Shown: piece by piece, positions 45,283-55,590 of the stretch
Position numbering within the stretch: position 1 is the first letter of the stretch
Layout of the letters: each line of letters begins with the position of its first letter
NCBI GenBank assembly: GCA_002995645.1
Contig: PUHO01000007.1
Span: forward strand, 1,356-65,355
Direction: 5' to 3'
Length of the DNA stretch: 64,000 nucleotides
Origin: SAR324 cluster bacterium
GTDB lineage: Bacteria > SAR324 > XYD2-FULL-50-16 > HCM1
Notes under the pieces: model-generated
Seen by the model: the letters and a program-made list of their open reading frames with translations, nothing else
Told to the model about the DNA's origin: nothing
Database searches by the model: none
Made by a program: the position numbers and the translations under genes

Positions 45283-46695
45283 CTATATTGCATTCAAATT
45301 CAAAAACACGTCAAGCGTTTTATCTTTGAAACGACCAATAGAATCGTGGGTATTAACAATAGAAATATCTAGTTCTATACTTAAATCTATAATAGGATTG
45401 TGTTTTAGTATTTCATTATCTTTATTTTCTACAACAATAACAATTGGTTTTTCTGTTTCTTGGTACGGCAACGGCGTAACAAAGCCAAAAGAACCGTCGC
45501 TTAGCTCTACGTAGGAATTAGTTGGATACTTCCCAATAATAGAAACAAAATCAAGCCACACAACAGGATCAAATTCAATTGCCGCTAGCTTGCCAATAAA
45601 TTGAATAGCACTAGCTGGATTCCATGATTTTTTATAGGAACGTTTACCAATTAAAGCTTGGTAAATATCTATAATACTTAATAGCCTTGTTTCATATAAA
45701 ACCTCTTTATAATCTTTAATAAAAGGATAGCTGTTTGCTAGAGTCGGAGTGTATTTTACATGATGATAATGACTAATATTAATAGCTGTTGTTGAAAAGC
45801 TAAACTGATGAAGCAACTTAGCGCCAAGTTCGGGGTGTGTTCGTATAATCTTAGCTTCTTTACTATCCGGTGCAAATTTAACGTTACTATCTAGAATTTC
45901 CTTTGGTATTTGCGATTTGCCAAAATCATGTAAGAAACTAGCTAATAACGAGCTTTTCTTATCAGTAAAATGACTTCGTAGCCTTTTCTTTTCAACAAGA
46001 CGCCAATACACGTGTTGGAAGATACTTCCCACGTCAATACAATGAGTATAGGTTTGATTACTTTGTTTTAAACTAGTAAAAGCGGACAAGGTCTCTAGGC
46101 TATTGTTTGCAATCAATTCTTCTGCTTGCTCTTCTATATCTCTGTAAGAGAATTTGTTTTCCCTTGCATTGTCCATTACTTCTTCAATTAAGTTAGACAA
46201 GGTTTCATGTTTTTGTGCTAATACGTTCGCTGACGTAATATATTTTGATACGTTGTCAACTACCTTTTTTTGCTTTTCTTTCTTTTTGTTTTCCCATTGA
46301 TGAACAATACTGTCTTCTGTTTTTTTTATAAGAATAACTTCAAATTCTGTAAAATTTCTGTTTTCAAGTTCTCGAATTAAAGAAGGCGTAACATAACTTA
46401 ATTTTTTTAATTCTGGCGGGAAATGATGTATTTTTTCTAAACGATCTTTAACTTTTAGTTTTTCAATGGGAATAGCAAGCATTTTTTTTTGACGCATTAC
46501 AATGGCAGTTGTCTTCTTAAAATTAAGAATAAGCCATTTAATAGTAGAGACGTCAAGCGTTTTATATTGTGAAGAAAAACCGGTATAGGCAACAATTTGC
46601 ATATCTGAATTAAGTTCGTCAAGCAACATGTGGAACGTTTTTTTCTTTGACTTAGGCGGTTCTTGCGGTTTATTTTGAAAGTTATTTGTTGGCAT
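45283..46695 (-). CDS. HD-domain protein of the HD-GYP type with a degenerate GYP motif
   Basis: 470 aa. The HD motif is HDFGKSQIP. HHVKYTPTLANSYP replaces HHExxDGxGYP. A conserved-looking C-terminal beta-rich extension is present, and the ~200-aa N-terminal domain is unknown. Confidence 0.7.
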   Translation of the reverse strand: MPTNNFQNKPQEPPKSKKKTFHMLLDELNSDMQIVAYTGFSSQYKTLDVSTIKWLILNFKKTTAIVMRQKKMLAIPIEKLKVKDRLEKIHHFPPELKKLSYVTPSLIRELENRNFTEFEVILIKKTEDSIVHQWENKKKEKQKKVVDNVSKYITSANVLAQKHETLSNLIEEVMDNARENKFSYRDIEEQAEELIANNSLETLSAFTSLKQSNQTYTHCIDVGSIFQHVYWRLVEKKRLRSHFTDKKSSLLASFLHDFGKSQIPKEILDSNVKFAPDSKEAKIIRTHPELGAKLLHQFSFSTTAINISHYHHVKYTPTLANSYPFIKDYKEVLYETRLLSIIDIYQALIGKRSYKKSWNPASAIQFIGKLAAIEFDPVVWLDFVSIIGKYPTNSYVELSDGSFGFVTPLPYQETEKPIVIVVENKDNEILKHNPIIDLSIELDISIVNTHDSIGRFKDKTLDVFLNLNAI

Positions 46696-46725
46696 AATTA
46701 AATTCTAAAAATGATCAAGATACTT

Positions 46726-48663
46726 TTAAAGAGTACTTATGCGTATCGAGTCAAGAGCGTTGTTTTGCACTAAATCAAATACAATAAAGAGAATAATTTC
46801 ATCTATTTTTAGCGGTTTTTCATCAAGAAATAAAGAAAAATATTTTTCATATTTTATTTTTAAGAGTTTATTTCTAAATAGACGTAAAATTTTGAAAACG
46901 TCATCAGATAATAGTTGTTGCTTATTAAGGAGCTGTAAGTAAAGAAAATGTTGTTGATGCCATGAATCTATATCCGGATCAGGCGAGTTAGATAAAGGTA
47001 GCTTTAAGAAGCTTATAGGCGTTAATTTGGTTGTTGCCGTATCGTAAATATTATGAATTAACGGCATATTAAGAATTTGATTTTTTTTAATATGCAACAG
47101 TTCTTGCGAAGATGTAATTTTATTATTTTGTACGTTTTGAACGTCTGCGGCAAGAGCTAAATCTTGAAGAGACGATCCAATATTACGAATAAAATTAATA
47201 ATATGATTACCTTTTTCTTTTATGTCTCCTACGTTTTGATACAAAGTAGAAAAATAAGGATACGCATCTTTAGAAGAGAGTTGCGCTTTTTTTGATATGA
47301 GTTTAAACCAATTTAAGTTCGTTTGAAAAAAGTTTTGTATCAAGTTCGGGCTAGCTTTCGTTTTAATAAGCGGCATGCTAGTTACGGCAAAATCATATAA
47401 ATAGGCTGGGAAACTATGATTTGAAACGTGACCTTCTAACTTAGCGCGATCTAAAAAAGCAGGTAAATGAAGGTTCATATATTTGTATAATTCAGCAGAA
47501 GGCAGCTTAGAACGTTGCGCCGGTACGACAACTTGCGCAATAGAAACGCGTGATGATTTTTTTATTGGTGTTTGTGTGAAAATAGAAGAAAGCGATTTTA
47601 ATTCGTTTAATAAAATAGTAAAACGTTTGCTTAACGAGGCGTCTTGTGTGTTATCTATTAATTTCTCTATATTTTGTAATAACTCTTTTATGTTTAGATG
47701 ATATGACGAAGGCATACCTTGCACAATTTGTGAAAAATATTCGTTACCAAAAGAGAGTTGTATAGCAGAAAAGATATAAGCTTGTAATAAAGGCGGTAAC
47801 TTAAAAAGAACGGTTAGCTCTTGTTGTTGCCATTGTACTAGATTTGTGTTTTCTTTTAACCAAGTTGTGCTGATTAAAGGAAAACATTCATGAAGGGATA
47901 TGAATATATTTAAAAACAAGCTAACTAAAGGCTCGGAATCTTTTGTTTTATAGAGTTGTCGTATAATTTGATTATAAAGCTGACAAGAAGAATCGTAAAC
48001 GTATTTTTCCCTTTTAAAACAAAGTAATAAAGGCGGAAGAAAAAGCTTGTTTACTAAAGTAATAGTTGCATTATTTTTTGCCGTTATTAATAGCCGTTGG
48101 TAACATTGTAATAAAATAATTCTAATCGCAAAGAAAAGATAGAAACTTTCTGTGTTATCTAAAACGTACTCTGTGCTAATGGGTAAAATTTGCGTTAATA
48201 TTTCTTGTAAAATAGTGTTAATAAAGCTGAAAAACGAAGTTTTATCTAGCAGCGCTTTTTCAATACTAGTATGTCTTTGATTTGCTAACTCAAGTTGCAT
48301 TAACGAAAAGAAAGTAGACTTGTTATTTCGTAAGGCATTTAATTGAGAAAGCAAGCAAGAAAGCAACATTTTTCTTAAAGCCGCACGGTTTGAGTGGTTC
48401 GTACTATTATTAATGCAAGAGAAAAGGAAGAAAGGTACTGAGTGATGTAAGTACTTGATTTGCGCTCTTTTTGAAAGTGTAGCAAGCTTTTCTTTGAGTA
48501 TAGGTATTTGAAAAGCAAGTATAAGCTTTTTTTGCACTTGCTCTTTAACGTTTTCTTCAAGCGAAGGAGTGAAAAAAGGAAGAGAAGACTGCCAAAGAGG
48601 CTCGACTAAACTAGAGTCGCTTAATACGTTGCTAAGAAGAGATAGAAAAGTTTCATCAAACAT
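46726..48663 (-). CDS. hypothetical protein, large, Leu-rich and helical
   Basis: 645-aa intact ORF, co-directional and tightly spaced with its neighbours. I recognise no motif. Confidence 0.55.
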   Translation of the reverse strand: MFDETFLSLLSNVLSDSSLVEPLWQSSLPFFTPSLEENVKEQVQKKLILAFQIPILKEKLATLSKRAQIKYLHHSVPFFLFSCINNSTNHSNRAALRKMLLSCLLSQLNALRNNKSTFFSLMQLELANQRHTSIEKALLDKTSFFSFINTILQEILTQILPISTEYVLDNTESFYLFFAIRIILLQCYQRLLITAKNNATITLVNKLFLPPLLLCFKREKYVYDSSCQLYNQIIRQLYKTKDSEPLVSLFLNIFISLHECFPLISTTWLKENTNLVQWQQQELTVLFKLPPLLQAYIFSAIQLSFGNEYFSQIVQGMPSSYHLNIKELLQNIEKLIDNTQDASLSKRFTILLNELKSLSSIFTQTPIKKSSRVSIAQVVVPAQRSKLPSAELYKYMNLHLPAFLDRAKLEGHVSNHSFPAYLYDFAVTSMPLIKTKASPNLIQNFFQTNLNWFKLISKKAQLSSKDAYPYFSTLYQNVGDIKEKGNHIINFIRNIGSSLQDLALAADVQNVQNNKITSSQELLHIKKNQILNMPLIHNIYDTATTKLTPISFLKLPLSNSPDPDIDSWHQQHFLYLQLLNKQQLLSDDVFKILRLFRNKLLKIKYEKYFSLFLDEKPLKIDEIILFIVFDLVQNNALDSIRISTL

Positions 48664-48669
48664 GAGATC

Positions 48670-49464
48670 TTAAAAAGGAAATTCCACAATATGAATTGGG
48701 GTAACCAATTTATTTTTATGGTTTAAATATCGTATATCGATCTTTTTATAATAAAAAGGATTATAGATAAAATATTTTAATTTTTTACTATATCCGGTGT
48801 CTTTTTCAAAAGCACGCGTATAGGTCCATTCAATTTTTTGTAATTGATGTTTTTTTGTATAAAAATAGCTAACTCGATCGCGCCCGTCTGCTTCGCGAAT
48901 CTTTTTAGAATATATCCGCGTTTCTTTTACTTTTGCCGTTCCTGTTGCATTAAACTCAGTAATTGTTTTTGCAAAACCGTTTTCATTTGGGTAAAACCAA
49001 GTAAGCTTTATTCGCCTTCCTGCTCTAGAATATAAAATTTGATTATATCCAAGATGCTTATTAAGAAAATATTGTTCTTTTTTATATAAAATTTGATCTG
49101 CCGTTTGGTAATATAAAATTATTTTATATATACCTCTTTTTTTTGCTAAAAGCTGAAGAAAGAAACGTTCTTCTTTAATCCTAGTGCCAAAAGAATAATA
49201 GATAACTTGTTTATTAAAACCAAGATTAAAAGCTTCTTCCGTGTTAAACGTGTTTTCTTCTTTTACAAGATTACCTTCGCTATTATAATATAATAATTTA
49301 GTAGTAATTCCTTTAATAGGTGCTTGTACTAGGAACGTGCTCCCGCCATATTTATTATGCTTTTTATCTAATAAAAAATGATTATTACTTTTTGATAAGG
49401 CAAACAAAGGAGCGCAAGAAAAACAAAACAGGCAAAATCCAATGTAAACGGTAATAAATTTCAT
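48670..49464 (-). CDS. secreted protein with MORN-variant/YwqK-like repeats
   Basis: 264 aa with a signal peptide (MKFITVYIGFCLFCFSCAPLFA). It has repeated Y/G/N/K beta-hairpin-like motifs (LLYYNSEGNLVKEE, VIYYSFGTRIKEE, IILYYQT..ILYKKEQYF). Confidence 0.55.
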   Translation of the reverse strand: MKFITVYIGFCLFCFSCAPLFALSKSNNHFLLDKKHNKYGGSTFLVQAPIKGITTKLLYYNSEGNLVKEENTFNTEEAFNLGFNKQVIYYSFGTRIKEERFFLQLLAKKRGIYKIILYYQTADQILYKKEQYFLNKHLGYNQILYSRAGRRIKLTWFYPNENGFAKTITEFNATGTAKVKETRIYSKKIREADGRDRVSYFYTKKHQLQKIEWTYTRAFEKDTGYSKKLKYFIYNPFYYKKIDIRYLNHKNKLVTPIHIVEFPF

Positions 49465-49506
49465 TACATTACATAATAAGGTAATATTTAAATTTTATAT
49501 ATGTTT

Positions 49507-49549
49507 ACATAATAATACTTATTGTGTTTCTAGGCAAGTATTATTATGT
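49507..49549. terminator. perfect 14-bp inverted repeat (ACATAATAATACTT / AAGTATTATTATGT) with a 15-nt loop, between the pgi stop and the next gene's start
   Basis: Read directly. The stem is almost pure A/T. A T-rich run follows on the + strand but no clear U-tract follows on the minus (transcribed) strand. It could be a terminator or an operator. Confidence 0.3.
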
Positions 49550-49559
49550 ATTTTTGCTT

Positions 49560-51173
49560 TTATTGATTCGTTAGAAAATAATTAATTAAAGTAGCAGATG
49601 ATTTTTCAATATTATTTAATTCTTTCACGTTAGAAGATAAAACGGGAAGAATCTTGCTAGCTAACTCTTTACCAAGTTCAACGCCCCATTGATCAAAAGA
49701 GCAAACGTTCCAAATAATCCCTTGTGTAAATATTTTGTGTTCATATAAGGCGATAAGCGATCCTAAAGATCGCGGCGTTAATTGTTTTGCTAAAATCGCA
49801 GTAGACGGTCTATTCCCACTAAAAGTTTTATATGGGATTAAAGCGGGATCAACGCCTTTTTCTTGTAAATACGAAGCGTTACGTCCAAAGGCAAGCGCTT
49901 CTTGTTGCGCAATAAAATTAGCCCATAACATAGCGTGTTGCTCTTCTAAAGGAACGCATGGTTTTGCAAAGGCAATAAAATCGCAAGGAATCATTTTTGT
50001 GCCTTGGTGAATTAGCTGATAAAAAGCATGTTGCCCATTTGTACCCGGTTCGCCCCAAATAATAGGACCGGTTTGATAGTCTATAGCTTCGCCTTCTTGC
50101 GTAACTGATTTGCCGTTACTCTCCATATCGCCTTGTTGTAAATAAGCAGGGAAGTAAGCTAGATGTTGATCATAAGGAAGGATAGCCACGCTAGTAGCTT
50201 GGTAAAAGTTATTATACCAAACCCCAAGTAAACCAAGTAAAACAGGTAGGTTCTCTTCTAAAGGTGCGGTTTTGAAATGTTGATCCATTTCATGAAAGCC
50301 GGTTAGTAGTTCTTTAAAATTAGTTTCGCCAATGTAAAGTAAAATAGAAAGCCCAATAGCTGAAGTTAAAGAATACCTTCCACCAACCCAATTCCAAAAA
50401 GGGAAAATATTTTCTTTAGTAATACCAAAAGTACAAGCTTTTTCTATATTCGAAGAAAGCGCAACAAAATGGGAAGAGACCGCGTCGCTTCCTAGTTTTG
50501 CCGTAAGCCATGTTTTTGCAATAGCTGCGTTTGCCATTGTTTCTTGTGTTGTAAACGTTTTTGACGCAATCAAAAATAGTGTTGTTTCCGGATCGCATTC
50601 ACGTAGTACCATGGTAATATGATTCGGATCTACATTAGATACAAACTTGCACTCCATGCCCTCTTGTTTATACTCTTGTAGTGCATAGGTAACCATATGC
50701 GGTCCTAGATCGGATCCGCCAATCCCTATATTAACAATAGTCGTTAATTTTTTTCCTGTTTTTCCTTTCCATTCGCCGTTATGAATGCTTTTTGTAAAAC
50801 GAAATAAGCGATCTAGCACCTCGTTAATTTGAGGCATAACGTCTTTACCGTCTACGTATATCGGCGTATTAGATCGGTTACGTAATGCTACGTGTAAAAC
50901 GGCTCTGTCTTCTGTTTTATTAATTTTTTCACCGGAAAACATAGCGTCCCGTTTTTCTTCTAATTTCATTTCTTTTGCTAAGGCAATTAATTTTTCTATA
51001 ATAGACGAATCCCAAAGATTCCTTGAAAAATCAATATAAATGCCGGCAGCTTCTTTTGTTAGTTCGTTACTTCGTGAAGGATTAGAGAGAAAGAGTTCTT
51101 TAAGTGTTTTTGTTTGAAAAGATTCATATGCTTTTGCTAGTTCTTTCCATGTTGGAAGGCTGGTTGTTTTCAT
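49560..51173 (-). CDS. pgi: glucose-6-phosphate isomerase
   Basis: 537 aa with canonical PGI blocks ([65 protein letters not shown]). Confidence 0.96.
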   Translation of the reverse strand: MKTTSLPTWKELAKAYESFQTKTLKELFLSNPSRSNELTKEAAGIYIDFSRNLWDSSIIEKLIALAKEMKLEEKRDAMFSGEKINKTEDRAVLHVALRNRSNTPIYVDGKDVMPQINEVLDRLFRFTKSIHNGEWKGKTGKKLTTIVNIGIGGSDLGPHMVTYALQEYKQEGMECKFVSNVDPNHITMVLRECDPETTLFLIASKTFTTQETMANAAIAKTWLTAKLGSDAVSSHFVALSSNIEKACTFGITKENIFPFWNWVGGRYSLTSAIGLSILLYIGETNFKELLTGFHEMDQHFKTAPLEENLPVLLGLLGVWYNNFYQATSVAILPYDQHLAYFPAYLQQGDMESNGKSVTQEGEAIDYQTGPIIWGEPGTNGQHAFYQLIHQGTKMIPCDFIAFAKPCVPLEEQHAMLWANFIAQQEALAFGRNASYLQEKGVDPALIPYKTFSGNRPSTAILAKQLTPRSLGSLIALYEHKIFTQGIIWNVCSFDQWGVELGKELASKILPVLSSNVKELNNIEKSSATLINYFLTNQ

Positions 51174-51328
51174 AAGATAATAAAGAATAGTGTAGAATAT
51201 TTGTATATAAATTGCATTTCTTTTTTAGTATCACAATTAAAGAAAATATACAACAAATTAGTATCATTACTAATTAAGATATTAACGTAATGAAATTATA
51301 CTAATTTATTTAAACAACTTGCTTGGTT

Positions 51329-51766
51329 ATGAATTTCTTAGATATTTGCTTTTTAATATTAACTTGCGTCTGTGTGGCTAAATCTATATTTTCCAACTTT
51401 GTTGCTAACCTAATTGTTCTTTGCCTTTGGATAGCTGCTGCCGTTGCCCTAGAACATGGAGCGGATACAATGGCGCTAGTGCAAGGTGCGCCTACGTCGA
51501 TTCCTTTAGATTTATTTAATTTCTTTTTCTTCCCTATTTGTGTTATTGTAATTTTTGTTATAGGATTTATATTAAATCGTATACCAAATAGTTTTCCTTC
51601 TTCTATTTTACATAAAAGTTCGTGCGTCTTTTTTGGTATAGCAAAAACAATGACTTTATGTTTTGTGGCTATTTTTTATATTGAAAAATACGTTCCTAGT
51701 TTGCAAGACGACTTACAACTTGCCTATAGCATTACGTTGTTAAACCACTTGAAAAGTTTATTTTAA
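51329..51766 (+). CDS. CvpA-family membrane protein (tentative)
   Basis: The start is trimmed to the ATG at 51329 (MNFLDICFLILT...); the ORF-track start at 51323 is TTG. It has four hydrophobic segments and a CvpA-like N-terminus. Confidence 0.45.
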   Translation: MNFLDICFLILTCVCVAKSIFSNFVANLIVLCLWIAAAVALEHGADTMALVQGAPTSIPLDLFNFFFFPICVIVIFVIGFILNRIPNSFPSSILHKSSCVFFGIAKTMTLCFVAIFYIEKYVPSLQDDLQLAYSITLLNHLKSLF

Positions 51767-51771
51767 AAACA

Positions 51772-53214
51772 ATGAAAAAAGGCTTTCTTTCATTTTTGTA
51801 TTATAAGGTTGCTTTTTTTGTATTTTTAGTTTTGTTTATAAGTGCAAATAGCTTTCTTTATGAAAATATAGGCTATAGTGCGCAAACTAAGCAAGCAAAA
51901 GAAAAAAGCGAACGTCAAATTAAAATGCAACAAGCAAGGGAGGTGCAGGCTTTAACAACCGTAACGGAAGAGCCGACGTTTGTTCCCACAAAAGAGAAAG
52001 AAACAAAGAAAGAGCCGGAACATAAGCTTTCTTTTGATAGCTTAAATCTAGCGGTAGACGGGCAATATGCAACGCCAATGGCACCGGTAAAACAATATAA
52101 TACGTTTTATTTGCAATACCTAGACGGCGACGTTGGGAATCAAGTGCGTAGTGAATTGTTAAAGCTTTTACGAAACGAATACAAGTTAAACGTAGTAGAA
52201 GTGCTCCCTGCTTCTCTTGAGAAAGTTGCCGTTATTCGCCTACATGTGCAAGATTTTTCTATTTGGGAAACAAAAGAAAAAATCAAAATTAATTTAATGC
52301 ACGTTAAAGATAAAGAAAGATGGCCAAGCTTTATTATAAGACGTAACGTTTTAATTCGTTTTCAAATTGAAATATATAATGCAAAAGAAAGAACCTTAGA
52401 TAGCCGTACGACCTATATTAGACCGTTTCAACAAGTATACGTACAAAGGACGCAAGAAACAAAGATTGTTTCTAAGAAAAACGAGTTGTTAAGGTTAAGT
52501 TTGTTACTTATGAAAAATATGATTACATCTGAGTTATTTCATATTTCAACAAAGAAGAATTATTCTTATGCGCCTGTAAGTTTCTTTGCTACAGACAGAC
52601 GGTTAAACAGGGCTATGAGTTTGTTAAACAGCGGGTTTGCATCAGAAGCCGTATGGCTTTGGCAATTGATTTTATACACGCCGTTACAAGGAGAAGATTC
52701 GGAAGATTACTTAAAAGCAAAGCGAGACGCGTTTTATAATCTAGGTATTTATTTAAGTAAAAAGAATCAGTGGAAAGTTGCAATTTATATGTTTGCTCAA
52801 GCAAATAGGCTAGATCCGCAAGTAGTTTATGCCGATCTATGGGGGCAAGCTACGTATCAATGGCTATACCAACAAAAACTAGCTCAAGTATTAGCGCAAG
52901 AACAAGCGGCTAAAGAGAAGGGAACCACGAAAAAAGAAACAAAATCAACGACTACTAGCAAAGTTATAGCAAAACCTAAACGAAAATATAAAGCGATTGT
53001 GCCTAAACTATTGCCTATTCCAGATAATGTGTTATTATTAGAAAGTCTTCCGTCCTTGTTATTACAACCTAAGAAACTTTGGACAACAGAAGACACGATT
53101 TTAAAAAGTGATTTTGATACGTACGTACCTGATTTACTTAAAACGGCAAAACCAAAAGAAAAAGTGGATTTTGGCGTAGACAATACAAAGACAATAGACA
53201 CATTACAAAAATAA
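51772..53214 (+). CDS. N-terminally anchored protein with a TPR-like segment
   Basis: 480 aa. It has an N-terminal hydrophobic helix and a TPR-like region around AVWLWQLIL...AFYNLGIYLSKKNQWKVAIYMFAQANRLDP. Confidence 0.5.
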   Translation: MKKGFLSFLYYKVAFFVFLVLFISANSFLYENIGYSAQTKQAKEKSERQIKMQQAREVQALTTVTEEPTFVPTKEKETKKEPEHKLSFDSLNLAVDGQYATPMAPVKQYNTFYLQYLDGDVGNQVRSELLKLLRNEYKLNVVEVLPASLEKVAVIRLHVQDFSIWETKEKIKINLMHVKDKERWPSFIIRRNVLIRFQIEIYNAKERTLDSRTTYIRPFQQVYVQRTQETKIVSKKNELLRLSLLLMKNMITSELFHISTKKNYSYAPVSFFATDRRLNRAMSLLNSGFASEAVWLWQLILYTPLQGEDSEDYLKAKRDAFYNLGIYLSKKNQWKVAIYMFAQANRLDPQVVYADLWGQATYQWLYQQKLAQVLAQEQAAKEKGTTKKETKSTTTSKVIAKPKRKYKAIVPKLLPIPDNVLLLESLPSLLLQPKKLWTTEDTILKSDFDTYVPDLLKTAKPKEKVDFGVDNTKTIDTLQK

Positions 53215-53264
53215 AAAAGAACAACACACTTTTAACATTTGTTTGATATATAAATTTTAAAACT

Positions 53265-54440
53265 ATGAGGATAGTAATGCGAAACGCGATTAAACGACTT
53301 ACCATATGTCTTCTTTTATTATCTGTTTTTACTTTGCCTTTGCAAGCTAGCGTTACGGCAAGCGGACAAGCGGAAATTTTTTCAAATAACGTGGAGCTTG
53401 CAAAAAAACAAGCTTTGAATAATGCGTTAAGGGCGGCAGTAGAGCAAAGGGTCGGCTTGCTTTTAGACAGTGAAACTATAGTGAAAAACTGGACTGTTTT
53501 AAGAGACAAGGTCTATACTAGTTCCCGCGGTATGGTGGAATCATACGATATTATAAAAGATGAAAGAAAAGGCAACGTTTGGTTCGTTACAATTAAAGCG
53601 GAAATAGCGAATAAGAGCTTACAAAGTAAATTACAGGCTTTGTTGATATTGCATAAAAAAATGGGAAATAAACGATACGTTTTATTTTACCTTCCCAGAG
53701 CGGATTCGGCGCTAGCACCAACAAGCGACGCCGTAACAGAAAGTCAATCTGTGATTGCAGACAAGCTGAACGAAGCCGGCTTTCGTTTGTTTGATTCAAA
53801 AGCATTACAAAACGTATACGGTGAAAATCAAGTTGCGTCGACACAGCAAAGTGCAAAAAAGAAACTTTTACAACTTGCAAAAGAAAACAGAACGGATATT
53901 GTCGTTGTTTTTGAAATAAGACCTTTATCGCGTTCTCGTCTTGGATCTAGTATAGCGGTGACTCGCGTATTAGTTCGATCTACAGTGTATAATGTAGCAA
54001 CGGCGCGCCAAATTGCCACAACGTCAGTTATACAAAAGCAGCTTTCTAATGCGCGCGAAGGGAGTCTTGACTTAAAACATGCTCGCCTTTTAGCAGCTAA
54101 AAGAGCAGCTGAGAAAACGGGGATACAGTTAATTGATCGTATACAAAAATATTACGTTTCACTTGACGATACAGGTCAATCTTATTTAATTCGTTTATAT
54201 AATTTTAACGATGATCAAGAAGATAAACTCCTTGTTGTTCTTGGTGGTTTAAGCGGTGTTAAGAGCTTATCAGAGTTACAACGTAAACCAAACTTTATAG
54301 AAATTGAATATTTTAGCAAGCTTGATGCGTCTACGTTAGGAAGGAAGTTACGTGTTGCCGCTAAGCAACAGGGACTCGCGTTAAAAACAAGGAAAGCAGT
54401 AGGCAATCGGTTATCCTTTTCTAACCTGCATAATCCCTAG
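53265..54440 (+). CDS. secreted hypothetical protein
   Basis: 391 aa with a signal peptide (LTICLLLLSVFTLPLQAS). The N-terminal domain ASGQAEI....ELAKKQALNNALRAAVEQ resembles FlgT_N/LPP20-like periplasmic domains, but this is only an impression. Confidence 0.5.
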   Translation: MRIVMRNAIKRLTICLLLLSVFTLPLQASVTASGQAEIFSNNVELAKKQALNNALRAAVEQRVGLLLDSETIVKNWTVLRDKVYTSSRGMVESYDIIKDERKGNVWFVTIKAEIANKSLQSKLQALLILHKKMGNKRYVLFYLPRADSALAPTSDAVTESQSVIADKLNEAGFRLFDSKALQNVYGENQVASTQQSAKKKLLQLAKENRTDIVVVFEIRPLSRSRLGSSIAVTRVLVRSTVYNVATARQIATTSVIQKQLSNAREGSLDLKHARLLAAKRAAEKTGIQLIDRIQKYYVSLDDTGQSYLIRLYNFNDDQEDKLLVVLGGLSGVKSLSELQRKPNFIEIEYFSKLDASTLGRKLRVAAKQQGLALKTRKAVGNRLSFSNLHNP

Positions 54441-54475
54441 ACTTATAAGAATAAAGTCGGTTTTTTGTTGTAAAC

Positions 54476-54712
54476 TTAAGCCGGCTTTTGTAAGGTAATA
54501 AAACAAGGCTTTGCTTTGTCCGTTTGTTTAGCTATAACGGGAATATTTTCTATATCACAAGAAGCAATAACATTTTCAATTACTTCGCCGGAATCGAGTT
54601 CAATTTGAATCGTTTCGCCCGGTTGGATTTCATGTAGGGCTAGCTTTACTTTTACAAAACTCATAGGGCAAGGTATGCCTGTTAAATCTTTTGTTTTAGT
54701 TGGTTGGTTCAT
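54476..54712 (-). CDS. TusA/SirA-family sulfur carrier protein
   Basis: 78 aa. It has the motif LTGIPCPMSFVKVKLAL..I.PGE...IELD with the conserved Cys. Confidence 0.7.
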   Translation of the reverse strand: MNQPTKTKDLTGIPCPMSFVKVKLALHEIQPGETIQIELDSGEVIENVIASCDIENIPVIAKQTDKAKPCFITLQKPA

Positions 54713-54732
54713 TGTTTACCGTAAAATAACGT

Positions 54733-55473
54733 TTAGCTACAAATGCAATTTTCTTGTTTTTGTAAAGCTAGTTTATGTATTTGAAAAGAAAGTATATCAA
54801 TAGATAATAAGCGATTTGTTAATAGATCGCCTTTTGTAAGAAGGTATTTCAATGCTTCTGTTGCTTGTATAGTGCCGATAATACCGGCAATAGGAGAAAA
54901 TACGCCGGCTTGGGAACAAGTTGGCAAACTCGCTAGGTTAGTTGTTTCCGGAAATACACAGCGGTAACAAGCCGTCTTTTTAGGTATAATCGTCATAACT
55001 TGCCCGTGCGCTTGTAAAACCCCGGCATGAGACAAAGGCTTATTTAAAGCAACGCAAATATCATTGAGTAAAAACTTGGTCTCTGCTTTGTCTGTACAAT
55101 CAAGAATAAAATCGTATTCTTGTAAGATATCTTTATTTTCTTGCGTAATAAATTGGTTAACCGTCTCTATTTGTGTATGTTCGTTTAGTTCGTTTAACCT
55201 TTGTTTAGCCGTGTTTATTTTTGATTTGCCACAACTCGCCGTAGAATATAAAATTTGCCTTTGTAGGTTAGACAAGGCAATCGTATCTTGATCTATTAAA
55301 CCAAGTTTCCCAACACCGCAGGCCGTTAAATATAAAGCCGCTGGATTGCCTAAAGCCCCAAGCCCAACAATGGCAACGCTTTTTGTTGCTAATGTTTCTT
55401 GATCGGCTATATCCCAAAATGGTAATACTAGTTGTCTAGAATATCTTTCTAGAAGTGAATCGTTCCATTCCAT
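54733..55473 (-). CDS. MoeB/ThiF-family adenylyltransferase (E1-like)
   Basis: 246 aa with RYSRQLVLP, VGLGALGNPAALYL..CGVGKLGLIDQD...LSNLQRQ, and Cys pairs CYRC and C..AG. Confidence 0.85.
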   Translation of the reverse strand: MEWNDSLLERYSRQLVLPFWDIADQETLATKSVAIVGLGALGNPAALYLTACGVGKLGLIDQDTIALSNLQRQILYSTASCGKSKINTAKQRLNELNEHTQIETVNQFITQENKDILQEYDFILDCTDKAETKFLLNDICVALNKPLSHAGVLQAHGQVMTIIPKKTACYRCVFPETTNLASLPTCSQAGVFSPIAGIIGTIQATEALKYLLTKGDLLTNRLLSIDILSFQIHKLALQKQENCICS

Positions 55474-55590
55474 TTGTAATACGTACGTTTATTAATGAAA
55501 AAAATATATTTTTATATAAGGTAGCTTGAAAAGATATGTATTTTATATCATACTTAATATTTAAAAGCTATTTATTATTTTATAAACTAC

